DNA of 64,000 nt. It comes from Styela clava (taxonomy: Eukaryota). The stretch lies in the NCBI RefSeq assembly GCF_964204865.1, contig NC_135260.1, positions 20,646,001 to 20,710,000 of the forward strand, in the 5' to 3' direction. Shown here piece after piece: positions 36,852 to 50,300 of the stretch (position 1 is the first letter of the stretch; every line of letters begins with the position of its first letter). A model generated the notes under the pieces. That model was not told where the DNA came from. It saw nothing but the letters and a program-made list of their open reading frames with translations, and ran no database searches. Position numbers and translations under genes: made by a program.

Positions 36852-39718
36852 CAGTGGCGCAGCCAGGTGCAATTGCCTTCTGCTAAAATCGCCATTCGTT
36901 TCATCAACGCGGCATGTTATTTATGCCGTGAACGCCCTTTACATTGGCGTTTAGTCTCTTTAAATCACAAATTTGTGCCGCGGGAACAATGATAATTATT
37001 TTATTTTTGTACCCGCACGGAAATGTGAAAACTGGAAAAGCGTGCAATTGCCTTCTGCTAAAATCGCCCATGTTTTCATCAGCGTGTTATTTACGTCGGT
37101 TTTTATTCTTTCTAAATCATAAATTTGTGCCATGATAAACATGATAATTATTTTATTTTTGTACTTTGCACGGAATTGTGAATTCGTGAGTTATTGGACA
37201 CGTAGTGGACATAACGATCGTTTCAATATTATGTTGTTGTTGTTCTTTGACACGATTTTAAAAAGTCGCTTTTCTCTTCGAATACTGGACCAATTGCTTT
37301 GAAATTTTCAGTGGTTAAAGATTAATTTTTTCGCTAGAAGGCTATTACTTTTGTTTATTCTCAAATTTTATATGAATCCTATGAGATATGATATTTCATA
37401 CAAAATTTCGCGGTATTTATTTTTACTCATGGGAACACTGTTTTACACTTATTTCAAGCGGTTTCGCGATCGATTGTCTTGCTCAGTACTACAGCTACTG
37501 TAGGTCGGTACTGGTAAGTTGCCATACCGGTACCGTAACGCAGTGAAATTGACTTATTCCTTCCGCGGTATTACTAATGCTGCAATGCAAGTTTTATAGC
37601 CTATCGTATGCGGAACGGAATATCAGACCTACAGGTCCGGTACTGGTAGCTCAGTACGTAAGTACGATACTGGTACTGGTGCCGGTACCGGTGTCTTACC
37701 ACAATGAAATTACCGTAACTTATTCTTTCACGGTCCTACCAGTGCAGTAATGCAAGCGTTGTAGCACTTGTAGCCTACTATATTTGTTTATTTTGATGAG
37801 AGTCTACTGGAAACAACATAAAATTTGAAAGGGAAGAATTGTTCTGTGATCAATTATCTGTCCTAAAGTGTAAACAACATAAAATTTGCAAGGGAACAAC
37901 TGTTCTGTGATCAATTACCGTATATGGCCTACAGTGTACAGGTAAGATGCTGGCTGACTGCTAACCGGTACTGGTAGCTCAGTACGTAAGTACGATACTG
38001 GTACTGGTGCCGGTACCGGTGTCTTACCACAATGAAATTACCGTAACTTATTCTTTCACGGTCCTACCAGTGCAGTAATGCAAGCGTTGTAGCACTTGTA
38101 GCCTACTATATTTTTGTTTATTGGACACGTAGTGGACATAACGATCGTTTCAATATTATGTTGTTGTTGTTCTTGTTCTTGTTCTTGTTGTTCTTTGACA
38201 CGTTTTTAAAAAGTCGCTTTTCTCTTCGAATACTGGACCAATTGCTTTGAAATTTTTAGTGGTTAAAGATAAAAATTTTCTCCAGAAGGCTATTACTTTT
38301 TTTTTCGCTATGACGTCATCAAAATTATGTTACTCTACGTGTCCATATATTTGAGCATAGCTCTCTTGTTTTGATGAGAGTCTACTGGGAACAACATAAA
38401 ATTTGAAAGGGAAGAATTGTTCTGTGATCAATTATCTGTCCTAAAGTGTAAACAACATAAAATTTGCAAGGGAACAACTGTTCTGTGATCAATTACCGTA
38501 TATGGCCTACAGTGTACAGGTAAGATGCTGCCTGACTGCTAACTCAGTACCGCTTGACACGTTTTTAAAAAGTCGCTTTTCTCTTCGAATACTGGACCAA
38601 TTGCTTTGAAATTTTTAGTGGTTAAAGATAAAAATTTTCTCCAGAAGGCTATTACTTTTTTTACGCTATGACGTCATCAAAATTATGTGACTCTACGTGT
38701 CCATATATTTGAGCATAGCTCTCTTGTTTATTATACGTTCATCGGTGGCGAGGTTCTAAAGACAAAAGAAGGAGTAAACCGCGATCTAAATTTGATTGAA
38801 AAGCGGCATTATAAAATACTGAAAATAAAACCGTAAACAATATAAGTTTTGTTGAGTCCCGCGACAGTCTAAAAACGCTTTTCTAGTCGCAAAATCGCAA
38901 AATTTCGTGTACCTACGGCGCACATTATGTTTGGTCGCCGTTTAGGAACATACCGTCACTAAAATCGAAACACGGTTAATTGTGGGTGGGATTTGCCTTT
39001 TATCCATTACTTTAAAATTGTTGTAGAAAATTTTCGTGTTATCATCAAACAAGGTTGAAAACGCGATTTTTTCCCTGTTTCTGATGATATATAAGATAAT
39101 TAATCCGAAGTATATCCATCAATTTTTATTGTACTGAAATAAATTTACTCCATGAGAATTTACAGCAGATTTACGAATTTTTCAGGAGGTTTAATCTTTA
39201 AAAATAATCGGAGTGTCAGCATTGCCATTGAACGGAGTCAATGTTACAAGCACATCTCAAATTTGTCGAATTTGCAAAATAGAAAAAATGCGGATCAAAA
39301 CAATATATGATAGGCGACGGGCAGTTACCACAAATTTTTATGTCGGCAAATGGCCGAGGTATTTTAAAATTGTGAATTGTAAAAAATTGTTTTGTTTTGT
39401 CGACGCAAACGCTGGTTAAATTGAAGACAATTAAATTAATAAAGCAAGACATTTTAAATATGCCCTTATCCGTCACGAATTGATTACATTTTTCGTTGTA
39501 AACGTCGGCTCTTTTAACAAGTGGCGTAATCGCGGCGATGAATACGGTATGTATTTTTGATTTAACGATATACTTCATATGCATTTTCATTGTACGAAAT
39601 AAAATTGTACTTTTCGGGATTTTATATCAGTTATTGAGATTTTTCTAACGGCGATAACGAGTTGGCAAGTTTCCAAATATGCCCCCCCCCCCTTTTGAAA
39701 ATCCTGGCTGCGCGCCTG
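36852..39718. mobile_element. Second hAT element nested inside the 36696-40389 element
   Basis: TIR CAGTGGCGCAGCCAGG / CCTGGCTGCGCGCCTG; exact 8-bp TSD GTTCTATT. Confidence 0.85.
37637..38543. repeat. 328-bp tandem duplication; the second copy is interrupted by a family-B element
   Basis: Near-identical units start at 37637 and 37965. Confidence 0.9.
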
Positions 39719-42538
39719 GTTCTATTGACTGCGACAACATTCGCGAGATTTTTTTTTTTTTAAAATACAGTCATAGTTTTGGTGTTTAACACGATCATTA
39801 TTCCATGAAATAACAAATATAGCTTCAGTTGATGCATCGGATTCCTTGCCAAATGATATCATAAATTTCTGCTGTCTTTTCAGTATTAATATAAAGTCAT
39901 TTAATCTGTGTTTCCTTACAGCTGATTCACGAGGGTAGTTTCGTGCATAGTTTTTGTGATTCGTTATATGGTACCCATCCACATTGCTGACTTTATTCTG
40001 GCAGCTTATAAAGATTAAGAACAAAGGTTTATTTTCTTGACTAGTGAATGCATGCGTATTCTTCTTCCCATTCTGACTTGACAACTCCGTTTTCATCTTC
40101 GTATTATTACCCCTGACTTGACATATCGCAAGTGAGATTCGCCAACTCAGCAACATACATTTGACCATTGTGACGTAGGATTTGTCGCTTGGCTAATTTA
40201 AAACTCCACACCAAAACGATTTTCATACTAAAACATAATTTGTCTTAATTATTGATGAAAACTTCTTCCACCGCTTAATAAATTAAAATGAGTACTACAC
40301 TAGTTTCTTTAATTTAAATTTGGATAATAAATGATCGTAGTGAGAAGAGCCACAAAAAACTCCAGTGAGCCGCAGTTTTCCCACCGTTGCACTACGCACT
40401 ATGTAGGGAGCGGTATGTTAGTCGTTGGTAGGGAGATAAATCATCAATTCAAAGCTATTTCTTGCTTTTGAAGCTTTGCGCAATTTGTAAAAATCCTGGA
40501 GTTGTTATATTTTGCATGGGCAAAACAGTTTTAGGAGTGCCAAAGGTTTCTCTCAAATTCATTAACTTGAAATGTTTAGAGAAGTTTTACAAATATTCTA
40601 GGAAATATTTTCTGTTGAGTCAATTACACAATTACCAAAGCAATGTAAAGCAGACAATTCCAGCAATGTTCCAGAACTATAACTGCCAACCACGGCCATG
40701 TTCTTTTTTAATTGTTTTCAATAATTAAGTTATCGTACAAAATTTTGTGTTCAAGCAATTCAATTTTCAACCTACTTGTTTTTAAACTTGCTAAGACAAG
40801 CTTAAATCATTGAGGGCCACAAAACGCTCGTGTTACATGTAGCAGTTAGTGAATGAACTTAACAGTCAACAAGCTAGGCGGTTAACGAAAATGCCACTAC
40901 CCTACCTTAGTTAGTCCGCTTTAGGCAGACGGTGACGCGATACGGTCAATAGGGCGACAACTTCACGATCCCTAGATCGCCGTGGCGACCCATTTAGACG
41001 TATTTTTGATATATTTTTCACGGAACACTCGGAAGACGCTCGCGGAACACTAGTGTTCCGCGCAACATAGTTTGGGAAACGCATTGTTAGTGGGTATGTC
41101 CGCCAACCAATCACAACAAATGTATTTATTGTTGAGAAACAACAAAAATAACGAAAGGGTTAAAGAAGGGTAATTACTAATATATATATTTTATTGTTAG
41201 GTCTATCTTAGAACCATGATATAATCTTATGGTGCTTGGTAAACCATTCTACATAATGTGTATTTTGGTACATGGAAGGCACCTAGTGTAGCAGATCTAG
41301 GGCAATATGAGGGGACAGTAGTGTGCTTGAAAATTACCCTATGAATGCCTTTGAAAGTTTGTCGTCAAAATAATGGTGCATAAGTTTCGAAATATCAAAT
41401 TCATAGACGTGGTGAAGTTTCATCATGTTAAATCTACGGTACAAAGTATCAAATCTGGTGCGTGTGCCACTTGTGCCTCGTGTCCCTTTCGTCTCACGTG
41501 TCCCGCTTTTGCGCCCATGGACATTTGGGTACTCCCGTAGTGTATCAGGTTAGGTTTAGACCATAATTTTATTCCGATTTTTCTTATTTTAGTTCTATTA
41601 CGAGTTCGGAGACTATCTGTGTTAGCATTAAGTCAATTCTTATTGCATGTGTGAAGATAATATTAATTTGCGTAAAAGAACGAGCTACGCTTGTTGGCGA
41701 ATTATTTAAAACAGATTTCGTTATGAGCATATGAATGTATTTCATGGTGGTCATGTCTGTTGTTGGTCTTGTTGGACTGTTGCAAATTTATGTTAGAAGT
41801 CCAAGTAAGAATAAACATTTGCTTTTTTACTGTATATTTGGCAATGCCTTTCTGATATGTTTGTAATTTATTCCATTTGTGAATGTGACAGTTGGATTCA
41901 AATTTGGGTTTATCTAAAAATTCTCACAGTCTTGTTGTTTATTTGGGATTGTATTTACCGAGTCGTTGGATGTTTTGGTTTCTTGGAGAGATCGAATATT
42001 CATATAGAATGCAATGAAAACAGTTTCGTGGAACTCGATTCGTGGATAATTTTGAGCGATACCGGAGTATGATCTGGCGAAATTGTTTTATCATTGGGAT
42101 ATAACAAGCTAAAATTATAAATTCTTACGTGAAACGTCACTCCGCGATTAACCGGTCAATTGTACCCGGTTAACGGTTTAAGTGTTTTCCCTGAAATTCC
42201 CAACCCTAGTTTTTATTTAAATAAAAACTGACATTATGTGTTTAGTATTGTGTGACTGACTGTGGTGATGGTGAATCAACAATGGATGTTTCCCCGACCA
42301 TTGACCCCAGAAAAATTCTTCCTATATTTTACAATTGCAACATTTTTGGTTCTCATTTTAAGGGTGAATTCGCGAGTTGGCCCCTTAAACGGGTTTATAT
42401 GTTTCAAACAATCATTTTAATTCAAAATATTCAACCCTGTTATTTAAAAGTAACGGTAGAAAAGTTTAGCCTTGTCTATTTTTGGGCTAATTTTTGATTA
42501 CTGCAATTAAACTATATGAGAAGACAGTATAATCATTG

Positions 42539-43302
42539 GGTTCCATTATATTCGCGCCCATGAACAATTGCACCCGCATATTTTAGCACTCCCATACAGA
42601 TTGCGCCCATGAACATTTGCACCCATGGACATTTGCACCCACGTACATTTGCACCCACGTACATTTGCACCCACGGACATTTGAACCCACGGACATTTGC
42701 ACCCACGTACTTTTGCACCCGCGTACATTTGCACCAACATACAATTGAACCCACATACATTTGCACTTGTGAACATTGGCACCCACGGATATTCGCATCT
42801 ATGAACACTTGCACCCATGTGATTTTGCACCGAAAAGAGGTTCCATTGTCATTTGTGTCGAAATAGGGACATCCTAATGATATATTTTATAATGAAAACG
42901 AGCTCACTGCAAACCCGAACGTACATGATTGCAAATGTCTGTGGGTGCAAATGTACGTGGGTGGAAATATACGAGGGCGCAAATGTCCGTGAGGTGAAAA
43001 TGTACAAGTGTGCACATGTACGGGGGGGAGGGGGGCAGAGGGCAATGGGTGTAAATGCTCGTTGGTGCAAATGTCCGTAGGTGCAAATGCACATGGGTGC
43101 AAACGTCTATGGGTGCAAATTTTCGTAGGTGCAAATGTCCCCGGCCGCAAATGTGCATGGGTGCTAATGTCCGTGGATGCAATTTATATGCGGATGGTAA
43201 AATCTATAGGTGGAAATGTATGGGTGCAAATGTCCGTGGGTGCAAAACTATGCAAGTGCAAATGTTCTGAGTGCAGTTTACGGGTGCAAATGTGGTGTCA
43301 CT
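42539..43302. mobile_element. Foldback/Mutator-like element whose long inverted arms are made of ~20-bp tandem repeats
   Basis: Left arm (ACATTTGCACCCACG)n, right arm (CGTGGGTGCAAATGT)n, short unique spacer, exact 9-bp flanking repeat TAATCATTG. Confidence 0.75.
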
Positions 43303-44477
43303 TAATCATTGAGCTATTTGATTCGTTCTGAAATTTTCAACACACAACAAAAACTAACAAATACCATGCAAAAACGAGGTAATGTTTACAACCATGCCAG
43401 AAAATCTGTCTGTGTGACTACTAAAACGTCTACTGTTACGTCGCTTTTCCGAAATGGAAACAGAGCTTTTCCAAGAAATGCTGAGGATTTTCTTGCTTCA
43501 TTGGTTGAGCTTGGCATGTTTTTCCAACTTTGTGCATTGCATATTGTTTGTTACTCACAATCGACTACACAATTGCTAGTTGCGAACGATCTTACTCAAA
43601 TTTTAAACAGGTAAAACATATTTGAGGTCTTCGATGTTAAATTAACGCCTGTCAAGTTCATCGTTGATAAGCATGGAAAAGAATTTCCTGACGAGCGAGG
43701 TGAAAGAGGCTGTCGTTCAGACACTTGTTGCCAGCAAAGTAGCAAATGAACATAGAAATAAGTGATTTGCTTTTTGTTTATAATTGATGAGTTTGATCTT
43801 ATACATGTGAGTTAGTTGCTTAGTTTGAATATATATTTATTCAATAAAACAAACGTTTTTATGTTACTCGACCCGTAATTTATTTATTTTCATGTATAAC
43901 AACATTTATAATCTGTTTATCCACCGAATTATTTTTTAAATTAGGGATAAGGGGCATCATTATTAGAAACTCGCCCCGGGCAGCAGAAAAGTTTGGCACG
44001 CCCATGCTTGTGTGCGCATGTATAACAGAAATTAGGCGACCCCGGAAAATCGTCACGCAGCGCCACCCGGGGTCGCGACCCACAGTTTAATCTGACAACT
44101 GTGTTATTTTATTATTATTATTGGACACGTTTAGTGGCCATAACGATCGTTTCAATATTTTGTTGTTATTGTTATTTTCTTTCGTCATTATCATTAAAAA
44201 ATCGCTTTTCTCTTCGAATACTGGACCAATTGTTTTGAAATTTTCAGTGGTTAAAGATAAAATTTTTCTCCAGAAAGCTATTACTTTTTTTTTTTGCTAT
44301 GACGTCATCAAAATTATTGCCATTGGGTGGCGCTACGTGTCCATATATTTGAGCATAGCTCTCTTGTTTACTTATAGTTATATCGTAGTAGTATATATTT
44401 ACGATTTAATAAAAGAAACAGCCAAAATTGCTTAGTAGATCTTAAAAATATTGATATCTACGAAAGGTATATATAAA

Positions 44478-44655
44478 AAAAAAACATGTAAGAATTTGCT
44501 CATGTTCTTTATAGGATAATTTGATTAAAAATGTACTGTTATGTTTATATTTTGAAAAAAAATCTCTGAAAAAACATGTAAGAATTTTCTCATGTTCTTT
44601 ATAGGATAATTTGATTAAAAATGTACTGTTATGTTTATATTTTGAAAAAAAATCT
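44478..44655. repeat. 90-bp tandem duplication
   Basis: AAAACATGTAAGAATTT... recurs at 44481 and 44571. Confidence 0.9.
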
Positions 44656-47346
44656 TTTATGTCTCTTAAATTGTGTAATATTATTATTTATTTATTTCTA
44701 TATTTTAATTTTATAAAATCCAATTAAAAAAAAATAATAAAAAAATAAGTCTTCGGTTGATCTCGCAAAACTAGAGCGAAGCGCATTCTAGTTCTATTTT
44801 TATGTATAGCGGGGATACCGTACTACAGAATCAGACCATGTAATGATATTGAGATCGCCACGCAAAATATAGAGTCAGGCGATAAAATATGGCAAAATGC
44901 ATATGAACGATTTCGATAAGACACCTTGGGTAATGTTCTGTGGTCGTTAATGTTAGCTTTTTACTGATACGTTGACCATATTATTCAATCCACGTTTGAC
45001 TATCGTGGTCCATATCAAATAACACAAACAAATCAATTAACACGAGCAAATCCAAAATAGCACAGTATATATAAATACCATAATATAAGCAAATATAACA
45101 GCTAATATGAATCAAAAAACAGTCAAAATTAGCACGGTGTGGTAGGCTGGTCTATTAGCGTTTCAAATTTAACAAGTAACGAATCATGATCAGGCGAATA
45201 TGCAAGAAAAATCGACGCAAATAATTGATTTCTGTTAAATCCCTTATGAAATGCGTTAATTTAAATACAGTAGTTGGAAGTCTATCGTCAAAACGAGAGA
45301 GCCTTCAATTGACCCCGTAGAAATGAGAGAGAAGTGCACTCTACGTACGTCGTACAGTAACGTTATATCTCTGTCTGTGGATATGCGCGATCCCTGCAAA
45401 TAAGAATAAGTTCTTTGTTAACCAAATCTGCCAACTAGACACTAAGGCAGACAGGGTACCTACTGCAGTAATTGAGTATTGGAGCTGTTGAAGGACCCAA
45501 ATTTCGTGAATTTATCGAGAAAGAAGAATAGAAGTCTACGGGTGCTCTAGTCAGCAATCTGGAAGCGGTACTCCCACAGGCAGACAGCGGTAAGTTTCCG
45601 ACGTGTTTACAGAAGGCTGTTTGCTAGGGCTAGGAATTTCAGGTAAAACACTTTAACCGGTTAACCTCAGCGTGACGTTTGACGTAATAATTTTAACTTT
45701 GTCACAATGGTTACAAAGCACTTTCGGGTGATCGTATTCCACTATCGCTCAAAAATATTCACTGCAAGAGATATTCAGCATGCTTCGGACATCTGGAAGT
45801 ACTGAAGTATTTTAGTAAAACCCGAATTCGTTATTACATCCCATTTCCAGATTTATGTGACAAATTTTCAGTGTTCGATGGCAAATTATACTCTGAGATA
45901 TCATAAAGAAAAACAGCATCAACTGCGCACTTGTTGGATGACATTAAATATATGATTTTGCAATAAAATCGTGAACAATATATTTCGACCGAAAACTAAA
46001 TTTATAATTGTCAAATTTTCATAATTCTGTAATCAGCAATCTTGGTACTTCAATTATTGTTCACATTTATTGGGTCCTTACCAATACAGTTCTGCAGTGA
46101 TATTCTCTTGAATTAACTGCCACAGGAGATAAATTTGCGATGACGTAATCATTTTTGAAAAAATTGTACATCATAAAGATGATTTGTACCTAAGATGTCA
46201 GTTAACGCTTAAAATAAATCATAACCGTTGTCCATCTAAAATCAGTTAACCATTACCAGTCTTTCCTAATCCAGTAATTAAGGGTGCCCAAACTGATTCC
46301 AGCGTATTAATAAAACCGGTTTCAGTGAGATGCCATTACTGCAGACCTGCGCCAAGTCAGTCCAGCAGTCAGTTTTCAGTTGCAAATTCAAGGACAATTT
46401 CAAATTCAAAGAATTTTAATTTGAAAATAGGATTCTAAAATAATGACATTTGAAGTTGAAAAAGTGTTCAGCCTTTGAGGGGCCAAACTGCAGAAAACCG
46501 ATTTAAAGGAAAGTTTTTGTAATAACTCAAATTGCACTAACACCCATCCAGCCATCATTCCTGTATTTTTCAATTTCATCTTCGACGAGGATGATGAATC
46601 TTTCGCTGATACAGTGATAGCATTGTAACTTTCCAGCTTTTCGTTAAGTCAGGATTGTTTTTGTCACATGATTCACATAAAATTCAATGCTGTAAGAATT
46701 ATGGCAATATTTACGCCAGAACTGAAATTTCTGCAAAGCTATATATTACTGGTCTATTTGCTGATCACTGAATGATAGATAGATCTGTAGATAGTTTATT
46801 TTCAAAACTCTCTTCTCTTTACATCTTGCTGTCTTGTGAATGTTTCTGTTTCATACTGCAGTCAAACTTGATCATCAGTGACTGTCAACCTCAAAATCAA
46901 TTTCCCATCACAGTGTCTGTATTAATAGTGTATCTTACATATACATTATTATATCCGACATAATACTCATTACTCAATTTACATAATACAACCAAAGACT
47001 CAACTACAACCAAATGAATATGCCTAAATGATCTATCAGTATCTATTTCCCCTAACACTGCAAACACCTAGCCCTAAATGTCCTATAAATCTAGATGTAT
47101 TTAGGATTTTCATATTTATTCCGGTGTTGAAGCCGATAACACGGCCTAATCATTTGGCCTACCGCAGCATCTCGTTTGGTTACCATCCTAATATGACGAA
47201 CTAAAGAATCATTCCTTATTTCAGGATTCAGAAATTGGTCGTTGGAAGTCAATGACAGAATACATCTCACATTTTTTGCTTTACAAATACAGCAATCTCA
47301 ATCACAAGCAAGTTGGTAAGCCTTCATCCATTGTACCAATTTGAAA

Positions 47347-50300
47347 ATGTCTGCTCAAGCTCAAATGAAAGATCTTTTGGATCAGTTGATGGGGACACAA
47401 CGAGATGGTGAGAAAATTTCTATTGTTACATAGTACATTTTAAAACGTTTTGTTCTTGTTTTTTGTTTCAATATTGATGGTGTTTCATTTTTAACCTTTT
47501 CATGTCAAGGTGACTTATACATTTACGACATACTATGTCAACAACGCGGAGAAATTAAATGAAAGAATAGCTTGCAGCTGCCGTGAGTGCAAAATGTTCA
47601 TAAATTAGAGCGACTGTGTATTGTTTTATTTAAAATATACCATATATATATGAATGATCTATTATATATTTTTTGCGATCACTCCATTTTTTCTCAAGTA
47701 TGATATGTTCAGTCAAGTCAAATTCATCAGTCAAATTAGCAATTGGTAGTTACATACCAAGGACCAAATAAAGTTGTCTGCTCATATTTTCGATACTATT
47801 ACAAGACAGTTTTCTTGACTTATAGATAGTGAGTATTTTTTTATTTTAACTAACTCGAGCAACAGAAACTACAGTACAAAGTAAGGATTGGGTAAGTTGT
47901 ATCTTTACAAGAAATGATCCTGGCAGCACACTCGGATTTTCATCTAATAGAAGAAATTGATACTGAGATCCGTGTGTATGTTTAAGCTTGTTTTCAAACT
48001 TTCTTGTGTCCTCTCTGTCAATTATTTTGTTTACAGACTTATATTTTTATCATGTCAGTTTTGGATAAATTTGATTTAAGTTGAAGTTTATCAATTTATT
48101 GTCCTAAACCTAAAGTAGGACAATATGGGAAGCTCTTTTGCAAAAGCAGCATTAATAACTGTTACTTCAAGACCTTTTTGTATCAATTTTAATTTTGCAG
48201 TCTACAGTCTACACATTAATAAATAAATTTAAATTGAAAGTATTGGCATTTGGTTTTCACACATTTTAAACTGATTTTAAATTTTTTCGATTATCATTAT
48301 TATCAACTTATTTATGTTCTATCAGGTGTTGACACCGGTGCAGTAAGTTTCAGAGATGATGAAGTCTGCAAAACATTTCTTCTAGGATGTTGTCCCCATG
48401 AAATTTTATCTGGAACGGTATGATCTAATGATAATTATTGGTACTGTAATATATGTGATTATTTTGCATGTTGCAAAGTAGATCTCTATTAAGACGGTAA
48501 AGGTTGCATAGACATAGACATCGGGAAAATATACCAATATTTTTGGAATTGAAAATGCTGTAACCATTTCTAAAGTTTTTAAAGAGAGTTTTTTATTTGG
48601 TTTCATTTAGACCAAATTTTGACTTTCTAATTTTTTTCTCCAGAGAGCAGATATTGGAAGTTGCAGAAAGATTCATGATCTAGCATTAAAGGCAGACTAT
48701 GAAATGGCGACGCAAAGCAAAAAATATTACTATGAATTTGATGTAAGCTTGTTTAGTTTTGTCTTTGCCAATTATTACATGTTTTCTCTTTCTTTCATTT
48801 GTTGATTATTTTGTTTTTTAGTCATTCGATCATCTGACACGATTTGTTGCTGAAACAGATCAGAAGATTGAGATATCAAAGAAGAAATTAGCTGAACAAC
48901 AGGCTGAAATAAGTGCAGAAGTAAAAGCAAAGGTTTGTTCAATTTATTTTCTGATTGATCAGTATTCATGGCATCAACAAGCTTGCTTCATTGTTAAAGT
49001 GTATTTTGAAATTAACGTGGGGACTGTTAAACAATTTTGTACGTACCTCCTATATGGTGATGGTTATTTTGTGAAGTGGTTCGTAAACTGTGATACACTT
49101 GACCAGTGGGTATCAAACTTTTTAGCGCCCCCTTTTTGGAAATTGTCAAATAACTCGCTAACAATAAGCTACAAATAACAGATAGTAAGGTTCCACGCTA
49201 AGGATAATAAATATACAAGCACAACATCGCTTTGCAATTTCTAATCCAGGGGTTCCCAAGCTTCTTTCAGGACGACCCCAAAAACAAAGTGTCCTGTGTC
49301 AATATATATTTTTTTTTATGAAACTTTAGAGCTTCTTTCACTGGACTTATGAGTTTGGTCATGTGGTGGTATTAAGTAAAATAAGCTAAATCCAAACAAT
49401 GATGTCATAATAAGCACCTACATTTTCTATAGCATAAGCATAGAGCGGATGCCAATGGGCCTGTTTTACAGTTAGCAATTTAACATGGTTTGTCAAATCT
49501 TGGATGTTTTGTACATCCATCCTCTACCATACCTCAGCGACCCCATGACCTGTTTGCGACCCTACCTATCACTCCGACCCAATTTGGGGTTGCGACCCCT
49601 GGTTTGGGAACCCCTGCTCTAAACAATAAAGATATGTAAATATCTGAAATAAGGGCGAGATCAAATCTGACAATTATTTTTAATTAGCTTCACACCTCTC
49701 AAAAAACTGTCTATATGTCCCTTGTGGGGTTTGCCCCACCATTTGCGAACCACTGCACTAGACTAACTAAAGCATTGCAAAATATCAACTCATTTTCTAA
49801 AAAATTACACCATATCTGCCAGCAATTAGAGCTTGACATTAATCAAATTCATCAATTTGCATATCATCGAAATTTGTGTAATGAAATATTTTTGTCTTTC
49901 ATCTAGGAAGCTAAAGTTCAGGAGCTCACAGATCAAATTGGTAAATTATTGGCAAAAGCTGAACAACTTGGCTCTGAAGGTGAAGTTGATGAAGCTAAGA
50001 ATGTTCTAGAAGAAGTTGAAAAAGTCAAAGATCTTAAAAGAGAAGCAGAGGTTTGTATCTCATTTTGGGTTGTTTGCTAGGATTCAAGGGTACTTCGGTG
50101 GTGAGTGTTATTACGAAATCCAGCTTTAGCAGTCCCTTGAACCCTAGCAAACAACCAAAAATCATCCCTAAACCTATATTTATTAGTCTATAATTTACAG
50201 GATGCATACAGAAATTCCATGCCAGCTTCTACTTATCAACAACAAAAGCTGAGAGTTTGTGAAGTCTGTTCTGCTTATCTTGGTTTACATGATAATGATA

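Larger units (their letters stand above)
36696..40389 (-). mobile_element. Internally deleted Charlie/GTF2IRD2-type hAT transposon with an N-terminal transposase relic (~39722-40090)
   Basis: TIR CAGGGGTGGGAAAA / TTTTCCCACCGTTG; TSD CACTA(T/C)GC; GAGCCGCA subterminal motifs; relic LKRQQKF...ESDASTEAIFVISW resembles this transposase family (by eye). Confidence 0.75.

Noticed and set aside
42539-43302. CRISPR-like array or metallothionein-like Cys-rich ORFs
   Set aside because: Units are contiguous and degenerate with no unique spacers, form inverted arms with a flanking duplication, and there are no cas genes; the ORFs are repeat artefacts.
45625-47076. Large TIR element (TAGGGCTAGG...CCTAGCCCTA)
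   Set aside because: The left end resembles the repeat end at ~42130-42208, but the TIR match is short and there is no TSD, so boundaries are not supportable.
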